This document shows, piece after piece, positions 41,702-56,767 of a stretch of DNA of 64,000 bases; positions within the stretch are counted from its first letter, which is position 1, and every line of letters begins with the position of its first letter. The stretch is from the NCBI RefSeq assembly GCF_001677475.2, contig NZ_CP015229.1; one strand, written 5' to 3'. Source of the stretch: Escherichia coli (GTDB taxonomy: Bacteria > Pseudomonadota > Gammaproteobacteria > Enterobacterales > Enterobacteriaceae). The notes under the pieces are model-generated. The model had not been told where the DNA came from, searched no databases, and saw nothing but the letters and a program-made list of their open reading frames with translations. The position numbers and the translations under genes were made by a program.

Positions 41702-42121
41702 ATGAAAAAAGGCACCGTTCTTAATTCTGATATTTCATCGGTGATCTCCCGACTGGGACATACCGATACGCTGGTGGTGTGTGATGCAGGTTTACCCATC
41801 CCCAAAAGTACAACGCGTATCGATATGGCATTAACCCAGGGTGTACCTTCTTTTATGCAGGTGCTGGGCGTCGTCACAAATGAAATGCAGGTCGAGGCAG
41901 CCATTATCGCGGAAGAGATCAAACAACATAATCCGCAACTCCACGAAACGTTGCTCACTCACCTTGAGCAGCTGCAAAAACACCAGGGAAATACCATTGA
42001 AATTCGTTACACCACGCATGAACAATTCAAACAACAAACCGCAGAAAGTCAGGCGGTAATTCGCAGCGGAGAATGTTCTCCGTATGCGAATATCATTCTC
42101 TGTGCTGGCGTGACGTTCTGA
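41702..42121 (+). CDS. rbsD: D-ribose pyranase
   Basis: [25 protein letters not shown]...; start set at MKKG. Confidence 0.9.
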   Translation: MKKGTVLNSDISSVISRLGHTDTLVVCDAGLPIPKSTTRIDMALTQGVPSFMQVLGVVTNEMQVEAAIIAEEIKQHNPQLHETLLTHLEQLQKHQGNTIEIRYTTHEQFKQQTAESQAVIRSGECSPYANIILCAGVTF

Positions 42122-42128
42122 GGCCGTC

Positions 42129-43634
42129 ATGGAAGCATTACTTCAGCTTAAAGGCATCGATAAAGCCTTCCCGGGCGTAAAAGCCCTCTCGGGTGCAGCG
42201 TTAAATGTCTATCCTGGCCGCGTGATGGCGCTGGTGGGCGAAAACGGTGCGGGTAAATCCACCATGATGAAAGTGCTTACGGGTATCTATACTCGCGATG
42301 CCGGTACGCTTTTATGGCTGGGGAAAGAAACGACGTTTACCGGGCCGAAATCTTCCCAGGAAGCCGGGATTGGGATTATCCATCAGGAACTGAACCTGAT
42401 CCCGCAGTTGACCATTGCCGAAAACATTTTCCTCGGTCGTGAGTTTGTTAATCGCTTTGGCAAAATTGACTGGAAAACCATGTATGCCGAAGCGGATAAA
42501 TTGCTGGCTAAACTTAACCTGCGCTTTAAAAGCGACAAGCTGGTGGGCGATCTTTCCATCGGTGACCAGCAAATGGTTGAAATTGCCAAAGTGCTGAGCT
42601 TTGAGTCGAAAGTCATCATTATGGATGAACCGACCGATGCGCTGACCGATACCGAAACCGAATCCTTGTTCCGCGTCATCCGCGAGCTGAAATCGCAAGG
42701 CCGCGGTATTGTCTATATTTCCCACCGCATGAAAGAAATCTTCGAGATTTGCGATGACGTTACCGTTTTTCGTGATGGGCAATTTATTGCTGAGCGTGAA
42801 GTAGCATCACTGACCGAAGATTCGCTGATTGAGATGATGGTGGGCCGCAAGCTGGAAGATCAATATCCGCACCTGGACAAAGCGCCAGGAGATATTCGCC
42901 TGAAAGTCGATAATCTCTGCGGACCTGGCGTTAACGATGTCTCTTTTATTTTACGCAAAGGCGAAATTCTTGGCGTCTCTGGTTTGATGGGCGCAGGTCG
43001 TACCGAACTGATGAAAGTGCTCTACGGCGCACTGCCGCGCACCAGCGGTTACGTCACCCTGGATGGGCATGAAGTTGTTACCCGTTCACCGCAGGATGGC
43101 CTGGCAAACGGCATTGTGTATATCTCCGAAGACCGTAAACGCGACGGTTTGGTGCTGGGCATGTCAGTAAAAGAGAATATGTCGCTGACCGCGCTGCGCT
43201 ACTTCAGCCGTACTGGTGGCAGTTTGAAGCATGCCGATGAACAGCAGGCAGTAAGTGATTTCATTCGTCTGTTTAATGTGAAAACGCCGTCGATGGAACA
43301 GGCAATTGGTCTGCTTTCCGGTGGCAATCAGCAAAAAGTGGCGATTGCCCGTGGTCTGATGACACGCCCCAAAGTGTTGATCCTCGATGAGCCTACCCGT
43401 GGCGTAGATGTCGGCGCGAAAAAAGAGATCTATCAACTGATTAACCAGTTCAAAGCCGATGGCTTGAGCATCATTCTGGTGTCATCGGAGATGCCAGAAG
43501 TATTAGGCATGAGCGATCGCATCATCGTCATGCATGAAGGGCATCTCAGCGGGGAATTTACTCGTGAGCAGGCCACCCAGGAAGTGTTAATGGCTGCCGC
43601 TGTGGGCAAGCTTAATCGCGTGAATCAGGAGTAA
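42129..43634 (+). CDS. rbsA: ribose ABC transporter ATP-binding protein
   Basis: 501 aa ORF with two ABC cassettes ([18 protein letters not shown]). Confidence 0.95.
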   Translation: MEALLQLKGIDKAFPGVKALSGAALNVYPGRVMALVGENGAGKSTMMKVLTGIYTRDAGTLLWLGKETTFTGPKSSQEAGIGIIHQELNLIPQLTIAENIFLGREFVNRFGKIDWKTMYAEADKLLAKLNLRFKSDKLVGDLSIGDQQMVEIAKVLSFESKVIIMDEPTDALTDTETESLFRVIRELKSQGRGIVYISHRMKEIFEICDDVTVFRDGQFIAEREVASLTEDSLIEMMVGRKLEDQYPHLDKAPGDIRLKVDNLCGPGVNDVSFILRKGEILGVSGLMGAGRTELMKVLYGALPRTSGYVTLDGHEVVTRSPQDGLANGIVYISEDRKRDGLVLGMSVKENMSLTALRYFSRTGGSLKHADEQQAVSDFIRLFNVKTPSMEQAIGLLSGGNQQKVAIARGLMTRPKVLILDEPTRGVDVGAKKEIYQLINQFKADGLSIILVSSEMPEVLGMSDRIIVMHEGHLSGEFTREQATQEVLMAAAVGKLNRVNQE

Positions 43635-43638
43635 AAAA

Positions 43639-44604
43639 ATGACAACCCAGACTGTCTCTGGTCGCCGTTATTTCACGAAAGCGTGGCTGATGGAGCAGAA
43701 ATCGCTTATCGCTCTGCTGGTGCTGATCGCGATTGTCTCGACGTTAAGTCCGAACTTTTTCACCATCAATAACTTATTCAATATTCTCCAGCAAACTTCG
43801 GTGAACGCCATTATGGCGGTCGGGATGACGCTGGTGATCCTGACGTCGGGCATAGACTTGTCGGTAGGTTCTCTGTTGGCGCTAACCGGCGCAGTTGCTG
43901 CATCTATCGTCGGCATTGAAGTCAATGCGCTGGTGGCTGTCGCTGCTGCTCTCGCGTTAGGTGCCGCAATTGGTGCGGTAACAGGGGTGATTGTAGCGAA
44001 AGGTCGCGTCCAGGCGTTTATCGCTACGCTGGTTATGATGCTTTTACTGCGCGGCGTGACCATGGTTTATACCAACGGTAGCCCAGTGAATACCGGCTTT
44101 ACTGAGAACGCCGATCTGTTTGGCTGGTTTGGTATTGGTCGTCCGCTGGGCGTACCGACGCCAGTCTGGATCATGGGGATTGTCTTCCTCGCGGCCTGGT
44201 ACATGCTGCATCACACGCGTCTGGGGCGTTACATCTACGCGCTGGGCGGCAACGAAGCGGCAACGCGTCTTTCTGGTATCAACGTCAATAAAATCAAAAT
44301 CATCGTCTATTCTCTTTGTGGTCTGCTGGCATCACTGGCCGGGATCATTGAAGTGGCGCGTCTCTCCTCCGCACAACCCACGGCGGGGACTGGCTATGAG
44401 CTGGATGCTATTGCTGCGGTGGTTCTGGGCGGTACGAGTCTGGCGGGCGGAAAAGGTCGCATTGTTGGGACGTTGATCGGCGCATTAATTCTTGGCTTCC
44501 TTAATAATGGATTGAATTTGTTAGGTGTTTCCTCCTATTACCAGATGATCGTCAAAGCGGTGGTGATTTTGCTGGCGGTGCTGGTAGACAACAAAAAGCA
44601 GTAA
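43639..44604 (+). CDS. rbsC: ribose ABC transporter permease
   Basis: 321 aa membrane ORF. Confidence 0.95.
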   Translation: MTTQTVSGRRYFTKAWLMEQKSLIALLVLIAIVSTLSPNFFTINNLFNILQQTSVNAIMAVGMTLVILTSGIDLSVGSLLALTGAVAASIVGIEVNALVAVAAALALGAAIGAVTGVIVAKGRVQAFIATLVMMLLLRGVTMVYTNGSPVNTGFTENADLFGWFGIGRPLGVPTPVWIMGIVFLAAWYMLHHTRLGRYIYALGGNEAATRLSGINVNKIKIIVYSLCGLLASLAGIIEVARLSSAQPTAGTGYELDAIAAVVLGGTSLAGGKGRIVGTLIGALILGFLNNGLNLLGVSSYYQMIVKAVVILLAVLVDNKKQ

Positions 44605-44622
44605 TAACGACTACAGGACATC

Positions 44623-45489
44623 TTGAATATGAACATGAAAAAACTGGCTACCCTGGTTTCCGCTGTTGCGCTAAGCGCCACCGTCAGTGCGAATGCGATG
44701 GCAAAAGACACCATCGCGCTGGTGGTCTCCACGCTTAACAACCCGTTCTTTGTATCGCTGAAAGATGGCGCGCAGAAAGAGGCGGATGAACTTGGCTATA
44801 ACCTGGTGGTGCTGGACTCCCAGAACAACCCGGCGAAAGAGCTGGCGAACGTGCAGGACTTAACCGTTCGCGGCACCAAAATTCTGCTGATTAACCCGAC
44901 CGACTCCGACGCAGTGGGTAATGCTGTGAAGATGGCTAATCAGGCGAACATCCCGGTTATCACTCTTGACCGCCAGGCAACGAAAGGTGAAGTGGTGAGC
45001 CACATTGCATCTGATAACGTACTGGGCGGCAAAATCGCCGGTGATTACATCGCGAAGAAAGCGGGCGAAGGTGCCAAAGTTATCGAGCTGCAAGGCATTG
45101 CTGGTACATCCGCAGCCCGTGAACGTGGCGAAGGCTTCCAGCAGGCCGTTGCTGCTCACAAGTTTAATGTTCTTGCCAGCCAGCCAGCAGATTTTGATCG
45201 CACCAAAGGTTTGAACGTAATGCAGAACCTGTTGACCGCTCATCCGGATGTTCAGGCTGTATTTGCACAGAATGATGAAATGGCGCTGGGCGCGCTGCGC
45301 GCACTGCAAACTGCCGGTAAATCGGATGTGATGGTCGTCGGATTTGACGGTACACCGGATGGCGAAAAAGCGGTTAATGATGGCAAACTAGCAGCGACTA
45401 TCGCTCAGCTACCCGATCAGATTGGCGCGAAAGGCGAGAAAGTTCAGGCTAAGTATCCGGTTGATCTAAAACTGGTTGTTAAGCAGTAG
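44623..45489 (+). CDS. rbsB: periplasmic ribose-binding protein (appears about 10 aa shorter than the K-12 protein as I recall it)
   Basis: ORF with signal peptide [23 protein letters not shown]; start could be 44629. Confidence 0.88.
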   Translation: MNMNMKKLATLVSAVALSATVSANAMAKDTIALVVSTLNNPFFVSLKDGAQKEADELGYNLVVLDSQNNPAKELANVQDLTVRGTKILLINPTDSDAVGNAVKMANQANIPVITLDRQATKGEVVSHIASDNVLGGKIAGDYIAKKAGEGAKVIELQGIAGTSAARERGEGFQQAVAAHKFNVLASQPADFDRTKGLNVMQNLLTAHPDVQAVFAQNDEMALGALRALQTAGKSDVMVVGFDGTPDGEKAVNDGKLAATIAQLPDQIGAKGEKVQAKYPVDLKLVVKQ

Positions 45490-45614
45490 TTTTAATCAGG
45501 TTGTATGACCTGATGATGACATAAATACGTCATCGACAGATGAACGTGTAATATAAAGAAAAGCAGGGCACGCGCCACCCTAACACGGTGGCGCATTTTA
45601 TGGACATCCCGAAT

Positions 45615-46544
45615 ATGCAAAACGCAGGCAGCCTCGTTGTTCTTGGCAGCATTAATGCTGACCACATTCTTAATCTTCAATCTTTTCCTACCCCAGGCGA
45701 AACCGTAACCGGTAACCACTATCAGGTTGCATTTGGCGGCAAAGGCGCGAATCAGGCTGTGGCTGCTGGGCGTAGCGGTGCGAATATCGCGTTTATTGCC
45801 TGTACTGGCGATGACAGCATTGGCGAGAGCGTTCGCCAGCAGCTCGCCACTGATAACATCGATATTACTCCGGTCAGCGTGATCAAAGGCGAATCAACAG
45901 GTGTGGCGCTGATTTTTGTTAATGGCGAAGGTGAGAATGTCATTGGTATTCATGCCGGCGCTAATGCTGCCCTTTCCCCTGCGCTGGTGGAAGCGCAACG
46001 TGAGCGTATTGCCAACGCGTCAGCATTATTAATGCAGCTGGAATCACCACTCGAAAGTGTGATGGCAGCGGCGAAAATCGCCCATCAAAATAAGACTATC
46101 GTTGCGCTTAACCCGGCTCCGGCTCGCGAACTTCCTGACGAACTGCTAGCGCTGGTGGACATTATTACGCCAAACGAAACGGAAGCAGAAAAGCTCACCG
46201 GTATTCGTGTTGAAAATGATGAAGATGCAGCGAAGGCGGCGCAGGTACTGCATGAAAAAGGTATCCGTACTGTACTGATTACTTTAGGAAGTCGTGGTGT
46301 ATGGGCTAGCGTGAATGGTGAAGGTCAGCGCGTTCCTGGATTCCGGGTGCAGGCTGTCGATACCATTGCAGCCGGAGATACCTTTAACGGCGCGTTAATC
46401 ACGGCGTTGCTGGAAGAAAAACCATTGCCAGAGGCGATTCGGTTTGCCCATGCTGCCGCTGCGATTGCCGTAACACGTAAAGGCGCACAACCTTCCGTAC
46501 CGTGGCGTGAAGAGATCGACGTATTTTTAGACAGGCAGAGGTGA
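45615..46544 (+). CDS. rbsK: ribokinase
   Basis: ORF MQNAGSLVVLGSINADHIL...; start set at MQNAG. Confidence 0.92.
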   Translation: MQNAGSLVVLGSINADHILNLQSFPTPGETVTGNHYQVAFGGKGANQAVAAGRSGANIAFIACTGDDSIGESVRQQLATDNIDITPVSVIKGESTGVALIFVNGEGENVIGIHAGANAALSPALVEAQRERIANASALLMQLESPLESVMAAAKIAHQNKTIVALNPAPARELPDELLALVDIITPNETEAEKLTGIRVENDEDAAKAAQVLHEKGIRTVLITLGSRGVWASVNGEGQRVPGFRVQAVDTIAAGDTFNGALITALLEEKPLPEAIRFAHAAAAIAVTRKGAQPSVPWREEIDVFLDRQR

Positions 46545-46547
46545 CGC

Positions 46548-47540
46548 TTGGCTACAATGAAAGATGTTGCCCGTCTGGCGGGCGTTTCTACCTCAACAGT
46601 TTCTCACGTTATCAATAAAGATCGCTTCGTCAGTGAAGCGATTACCGCCAAAGTTGAAGCGGCGATTAAAGAACTCAATTACGCGCCATCAGCTCTGGCG
46701 CGTAGCCTCAAACTCAATCAAACACATACCATTGGCATGTTGATCACTGCCAGTACCAATCCTTTCTATTCAGAACTGGTGCGTGGCGTTGAACGCAGCT
46801 GCTTCGAACGCGGTTATAGTCTCGTCCTTTGCAATACCGAAGGCGATGAACAGCGGATGAATCGCAATCTGGAAACGCTGATGCAAAAACGCGTTGATGG
46901 CTTACTGTTACTGTGCACCGAAACGCATCAGCCTTCGCGTGAAATCATGCAACGTTATCCGACAGTGCCTACCGTGATGATGGACTGGGCTCCGTTCGAT
47001 GGCGACAGCGATCTTATTCAGGATAACTCGTTGCTGGGCGGAGACTTAGCAACGCAATATCTGATCGATAAAGGTCATACCCGTATCGCCTGTATTACCG
47101 GTCCGCTGGATAAAACTCCGGCGCGCCTGCGGTTGGAAGGTTATCGGGCGGCGATGAAACGTGCGGGTCTCAACATTCCTGATGGCTATGAAGTCACTGG
47201 TGATTTTGAATTTAATGGCGGGTTTGACGCCATGCGCCAACTGTTATCACATCCGCTGCGTCCTCAGGCCGTCTTTACCGGAAATGACGCTATGGCTGTT
47301 GGCGTTTACCAGGCGCTGTATCAGGCAGAGTTACAGGTTCCACAGGATATCGCGGTGATTGGCTATGACGATATCGAATTGGCAAGCTTTATGACGCCAC
47401 CATTAACCACTATCCACCAACCGAAAGATGAACTGGGGGAGCTGGCGATTGATGTACTCATCCATCGGATAACCCAGCCGACCCTTCAGCAACAACGATT
47501 ACAACTTACTCCGATTCTGATGGAACGCGGTTCGGCTTAG
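46548..47540 (+). CDS. rbsR: LacI-family ribose operon repressor
   Basis: 330 aa ORF with N-terminal [26 protein letters not shown]. Confidence 0.95.
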
Positions 47541-48933
47541 ATTTACGCTGTCTTTTGATCAAATTATTACCATCGGTTGTTTTCAGAAGCATGAACATTG
47601 CTGCTGAAGCAACAGTAATAATGCCCATCGTGATAAACGTATAGTGGAATTGTTCTACAGTCGTTGTGCCTTCCATCCCTTCATAAACGCGAAGGACGGC
47701 CGCACTTACAGCAACGCCTAAACTGATCGACAGTTGCTGCGTGACCGCCAGAACACTGTTACCGCTGCTGGCGTTGTCATCGGTCAGATCGGCAAGTGTG
47801 ATGGTATTCATCGCGGTAAACTGCGTCGACATAGCCATCCCTAATATAAACAACGGCAAGATTAGCATCCATATCGCCATTGCCGGTGATTGCAAAGAGA
47901 ACTGAGCGATCATTAACCCAATAATCACCGTGATCCCCACTAATGTATGGCGATAGCCCAGACGACGTAAGACTTGGGTAACCATCGATTTTGCAATAAT
48001 GGAACCTAACGCTGTCGGTGCCATCATACAGCCGGCAATAAACGCCTGATAACCAAATCCTACCTGTAACATCAATGGCATAAGAAACGGTACGCAGCCG
48101 GTCCCCAGACGGGTTGCAATATTGCCTACGATACCGATCGAGAAAGTGCGGGTTTTAAATAAATCTAATGAAATTAATGGGTTTGGCGTGCGTCGTGCAT
48201 GGAGAATATAGAGAAGCAGTAACCCGATGCTGGTGACAATTACCGTCAAGGCAATCCAGCTGGCGACAATCTTTTCCCCGAATAGCTCTATTCCGCTTGA
48301 GAAGAGAACAAGGCTGAGGCCAAACAGCAAAAAGCCAGTGATATCGAATCTGCGTCGTGCGGTGGTGAAATTGGGCATATGTTTGCGCGCGTAAAGAAGG
48401 CCCGCAATACCTATGGGGATATTGATTAAAAATATCCAGTGCCAGGTTGCCCAAGTGACCAGCACGCCGCCAAGAACGGGGCCTAAAATTGGCCCCACCA
48501 GACCCGGCATGGCGACAAAATTCAATACCGGAAGAAGTTCATTACGAGGATAAGCACGCAGTAAGGCCAGCCGAGCAACAGGCATCATCATTGCGCCGCC
48601 TATCCCCTGAATAACCCGGAAGACAACCAGCTGTGGTAGCGAGTTGGAAAGTGCGCAGGCCAGAGAACCCAACGTGAACAGACTCACGGCAAGGGTAAAA
48701 ATGCGACGCGTACCGAAGCGATCGGCTAGCCATCCGCTTACCGGAATAAGCATCGCCACCGTCAGCGTATAACTGATGATGGCTGATTGCATCGCGAGAG
48801 GAGAACGATTAAGGCTATGAGCGATTGCGGGTAAGGCGGTATTCAGAATAGTGGCATCAAGTGCCTGCATGAAGAAGGCCATCGCCGCGATCCACGGCAA
48901 ACCCGACATACTGCGCTTCTTTTTATCGCTCAT
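47506..48933 (-). CDS. hsrA: MFS transporter (putative multidrug/efflux)
   Basis: 475 aa membrane ORF; convergent with and overlapping rbsR 3' end. Confidence 0.88.
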
Positions 48934-48955
48934 TCAATGTCCTGTTATCGGGTTA

Positions 48956-49648
48956 TCACTTATCAGGTGAGCGTAGCAGCGCCTGACAAGCTTTAAATGC
49001 CGCGTCGCCATCGCTTTGGATAATCGCATCGACAATCGCCTGATGCAGATCCAGCTTTATCACTGTGTCGCTGGTAATTGACGTGAAGTAAGTGTGATAA
49101 ACTGAATGGAATAGCGAGGCGAATGAGGTCAAAAACGGATTGGCGCTCATTTCATAGATATGCTCATGCCAGGCCATATCGACTTCGATCCAGCGTTCAC
49201 GGCGAAAGTTCTCTTTTAATGCCGCCATTTCGGCCATTAACGTATTGAGATGCGCTTTCTGTTCTGCGGTGCCAACCGTTGCTGCCAGTAGGCAGGCTTG
49301 CGGCTCCAGACAGATACGCATAACCAGAAAGTGATCGATGACCTGATGAAAGTTCTCTTCTGTCATCCACCAGGTAAGCAATTCCTGATCAAGAAAATTC
49401 CAGTTCGATTGTGGCATTACCCGGGTACCAATTCGCGGTCGCGGTAAAACCATCCCTTTTGCCGTTAACGTTTTGACCGCTTCGCGTACCGCTGTACGAC
49501 TCACTCCAAATTGCTCGCCCAGCTCAATCTCACCGGGCAAAATGGTGCCGGGTTCATATTCACCTTTTAAGATCCGTTGCGCCAGCTTCTCAGCCAGAAC
49601 ATACGAAAGGTTTTTCTGTGCAGCTAACTGTTGTGCGCTTAAAGGCAT
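48956..49648 (-). CDS. yieP: GntR/FadR-family transcriptional regulator
   Basis: 230 aa ORF with N-terminal winged HTH; synteny. Confidence 0.88.
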   Translation of the reverse strand: MPLSAQQLAAQKNLSYVLAEKLAQRILKGEYEPGTILPGEIELGEQFGVSRTAVREAVKTLTAKGMVLPRPRIGTRVMPQSNWNFLDQELLTWWMTEENFHQVIDHFLVMRICLEPQACLLAATVGTAEQKAHLNTLMAEMAALKENFRRERWIEVDMAWHEHIYEMSANPFLTSFASLFHSVYHTYFTSITSDTVIKLDLHQAIVDAIIQSDGDAAFKACQALLRSPDK

Positions 49649-49800
49649 TACTAATCTTCCTTTTTCTTTTTATTCCTCCTTAGTATGCCACCAGGAAGTG
49701 TGATTACGGTTGCAAAAACGGCAAATTGCTTGTTTTATGGCACATTAACGGGGCTTTTGCTGAAAAAATGCGCGGTCAGAAAATTATTTTAAATTTCCTC

Positions 49801-49828
49801 TTGTCAGGCCGGAATAACTCCCTATAAT
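49801..49828 (+). promoter_or_regulatory. rRNA operon promoter P1 (-35 TTGTCA, -10 TATAAT) preceded by an AT-rich UP-like element
   Basis: ttgtcaggccggaataactccctataat with 16-bp spacer; AT-rich tract 49780-49800. Confidence 0.75.
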
Positions 49829-49917
49829 GCGCCACCACTGACACGGAACAACGGCAAACACGCCGCCGGGTCAGCGGGGTTCTCCTGAGAATCTCAACAG
49901 AGAAAAGCAAAAAATGC

Positions 49918-49945
49918 TTGACTCTGTAGCGGGAAAGCGTATTAT
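49918..49945 (+). promoter_or_regulatory. rRNA operon promoter P2 (-35 TTGACT, -10 TATTAT)
   Basis: ttgactctgtagcgggaaagcgtattat. Confidence 0.7.
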
Positions 49946-50126
49946 GCACACCCCGCGCCGCTGAGAAAAAGCGAAGCGGCACTGCTCTTTAACAATTTAT
50001 CAGACAATCTGTGTGGGCACTCGAAGATACGGATTCTTAACGTCGCAAGACGAAAAATGAATACCAAGTCTCAAGAGTGAACACGTAATTCATTACGAAG
50101 TTTAATTCTTTGAGCATCAAACTTTT

Positions 50127-51668
<1,542 letters not shown>

Positions 51669-51763
51669 CCTTAAAGAAGCGTACTTTGCAGTGCTCACAC
51701 AGATTGTCTGATAGAAAGTGAAAAGCAAGGCGTCTTGCGAAGCAGACTGATACGTCCCCTTCG

Positions 51764-51839
51764 TCTAGAGGCCCAGGACACCGCCCTTTCACGGCGGTAA
51801 CAGGGGTTCGAATCCCCTAGGGGACGCCACTTGCTGGTT
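51764..51839 (+). tRNA. gltU: tRNA-Glu (UUC) in the 16S-23S spacer
   Basis: GTCCCCTTCGTCTAGAGGCCCAGGACACCGCCCTTTCACGGCGGTAACAGGGGTTCGAATCCCCTAGGGGACGCCA. Confidence 0.97.
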
Positions 51840-52022
51840 TGTGAGTGAAAGTCACCTGCCTTAATATCTCAAAATTCATCTTCGGGTGATGTTTGAGATA
51901 TTTGCTCTTTAAAAATCTGGATCAAGCTGAAAATTGAAACACTGAACAACGAAAGTTGTTCGTGAGTCTCTCAAATTTTCGCAACACGATGATGAATCGA
52001 AAGAAACATCTTCGGGTTGTGA

Positions 52023-54925
<2,903 letters not shown>

Positions 54926-55018
54926 ACAACGCCGAAGATGTTTTGGCGGATTGAGAGAAGATTTTCAGCCTGATACAGATTAAATCAGAACGCAGAAGCG
55001 GTCTGATGAAACAGAATT

Positions 55019-55138
55019 TGCCTGGCGGCCGTAGCGCGGTGGTCCCACCTGACCCCATGCCGAACTCAGAAGTGAAACGCCGTAGCGCCGATGGTAGTGT
55101 GGGGTCTCCCCATGCGAGAGTAGGGAACTGCCAGGCAT
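55019..55138 (+). rRNA. rrfC: 5S ribosomal RNA
   Basis: TGCCTGGCGGCCGTAGCGCGGTGG...CTGCCAGGCAT; 120 nt. Confidence 0.98.
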
Positions 55139-55190
55139 CAAATTAAGCAGTAAGCCGGTCATAAAACCGGTGGTTGTAAAAGAATTCGGT

Positions 55191-55267
55191 GGAGCGGTAG
55201 TTCAGTCGGTTAGAATACCTGCCTGTCACGCAGGGGGTCGCGGGTTCGAGTCCCGTCCGTTCCGCCA
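55191..55267 (+). tRNA. aspT: tRNA-Asp (GUC)
   Basis: GGAGCGGTAGTTCAGTCGGTTAGAATACCTGCCTGTCACGCAGGGGGTCGCGGGTTCGAGTCCCGTCCGTTCCGCCA. Confidence 0.97.
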
Positions 55268-55275
55268 CCCTAATT

Positions 55276-55351
55276 AGGGGCGTAGTTCAATTGGTAGAGC
55301 ACCGGTCTCCAAAACCGGGTGTTGGGAGTTCGAGTCTCTCCGCCCCTGCCA
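55276..55351 (+). tRNA. trpT: tRNA-Trp (CCA)
   Basis: AGGGGCGTAGTTCAATTGGTAGAGCACCGGTCTCCAAAACCGGGTGTTGGGAGTTCGAGTCTCTCCGCCCCTGCCA. Confidence 0.97.
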
Positions 55352-55357
55352 GAAATC

Positions 55358-55387
55358 ATCCTTAGCGAAAGCTAAGGATTTTTTTTA
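55358..55387 (+). terminator. rrn operon terminator
   Basis: hairpin atccttagcgaaagctaaggat followed by a T8 run. Confidence 0.8.
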
Positions 55388-55445
55388 TCTGAAATAACCT
55401 CTCCGAAGTAAATCCTTCTACCGGCATCCTTGCCAGCCATTCAGA

Positions 55446-56285
55446 TTAATACACTTCATCCAGCACGTTAATTTTCAATAGATCGCGAATCAACGCATTT
55501 TTATCGCTATTTTGCAGCCATATGGCATAAAGCGGCCGTGAAAGTGTTGTGCTATCGACAACGGTATGCAGGCCGCCCTTTTTACGCGCCCAACTGACGG
55601 GTAGCCAAGTGCAACCATTAAGCGTCGCAATCTGTTGCTGTGCCAGTTCAGCAGAACTGGTTGTCAGAATGGGAACTTCGTCAGCACCGATCAAACCTGC
55701 CTCATGCTGTTGAAAATCTGGCCCCCATTCCAGTCGCAGATAGTTAAGATCTCCCTTTAGTTTGGAAGGGGCACTGGTATAAAGCGCTAAAGTGAAATAC
55801 CCGAGCAACTGACTGCTAAATTCGTCCATTTTGGGCGCTTCAGTAGTAATAAGAAGATCAAGCTGGCGTTCATGCAGCTGTTTTACCAGAGACTGCCGTT
55901 GGGCAATTCGCGCTTCGAACTGTAAGCCTGTATGGGCATCCTGATTTTTATACAAACGTCCCAGCCACTGATTAAGCATACATTCCCACAATGAGGCGCT
56001 GGCACCGATAGAAAACTCGTTATGTCGTGAGGTATGTGCCACCTCCTTACGGGCGGCCTGCCAGGTGCTCATGAGCGTTTCTGCATAAGGCAGTAGTTTT
56101 TCACCGGCAGCGGTTAAACGGATATTGTTTCTGTGGCGGGTGAAAAGGTTCACACCCAGTTGATTTTCCAGTTGTCTGATTCGAAAGCTCACTGCTGACT
56201 GGGTCAGGTAGAGCGATTCAGCCGCTCGACCAAAGTGACGCGTTCGGCTAACTTCCAGGAAAGTTTTTAACAATTCCGTATCCAC
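55446..56285 (-). CDS. hdfR: LysR-family transcriptional regulator HdfR
   Basis: 279 aa ORF with N-terminal HTH; synteny after rrnC. Confidence 0.9.
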   Translation of the reverse strand: MDTELLKTFLEVSRTRHFGRAAESLYLTQSAVSFRIRQLENQLGVNLFTRHRNNIRLTAAGEKLLPYAETLMSTWQAARKEVAHTSRHNEFSIGASASLWECMLNQWLGRLYKNQDAHTGLQFEARIAQRQSLVKQLHERQLDLLITTEAPKMDEFSSQLLGYFTLALYTSAPSKLKGDLNYLRLEWGPDFQQHEAGLIGADEVPILTTSSAELAQQQIATLNGCTWLPVSWARKKGGLHTVVDSTTLSRPLYAIWLQNSDKNALIRDLLKINVLDEVY

Positions 56286-56403
56286 AGTGCTCTCCGCAAA
56301 ATTATTTGTCGTTATGATTTAAATGTTTTGTTTTACACTCTGTCAAGCGTAACTAATACTCCGCGCCATAACTAGCTCGGTCAAAGAATTAGGAGCGTGC
56401 AGG

Positions 56404-56742
56404 ATGGCGGAAAGCTTTACGACGACTAATCGATATTTCGACAATAAACATTATCCACGTGGATTCTCTCGTCATGGTGATTTCACCATCAAAGAGGCAC
56501 AACTGCTTGAGCGTCATGGTTATGCCTTCAATGAGTTGGATCTTGGCAAACGCGAGCCGGTTACCGAGGAAGAGAAACTCTTCGTAGCAGTATGCCGTGG
56601 CGAACGTGAGCCAGTGACAGAAGCAGAACGCGTGTGGTCCAAGTATATGACGCGTATCAAGCGTCCAAAACGTTTTCACACCCTTTCCGGCGGTAAACCG
56701 CAGGTTGAAGGTGCTGAAGACTACACCGATTCTGACGATTAA
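56404..56742 (+). CDS. maoP: macrodomain Ori protein MaoP (YifE)
   Basis: 112 aa [43 protein letters not shown]... Confidence 0.88.
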   Translation: MAESFTTTNRYFDNKHYPRGFSRHGDFTIKEAQLLERHGYAFNELDLGKREPVTEEEKLFVAVCRGEREPVTEAERVWSKYMTRIKRPKRFHTLSGGKPQVEGAEDYTDSDD

Positions 56743-56767
56743 TAAAAAGGGCGAAATGCCCTTTTTT

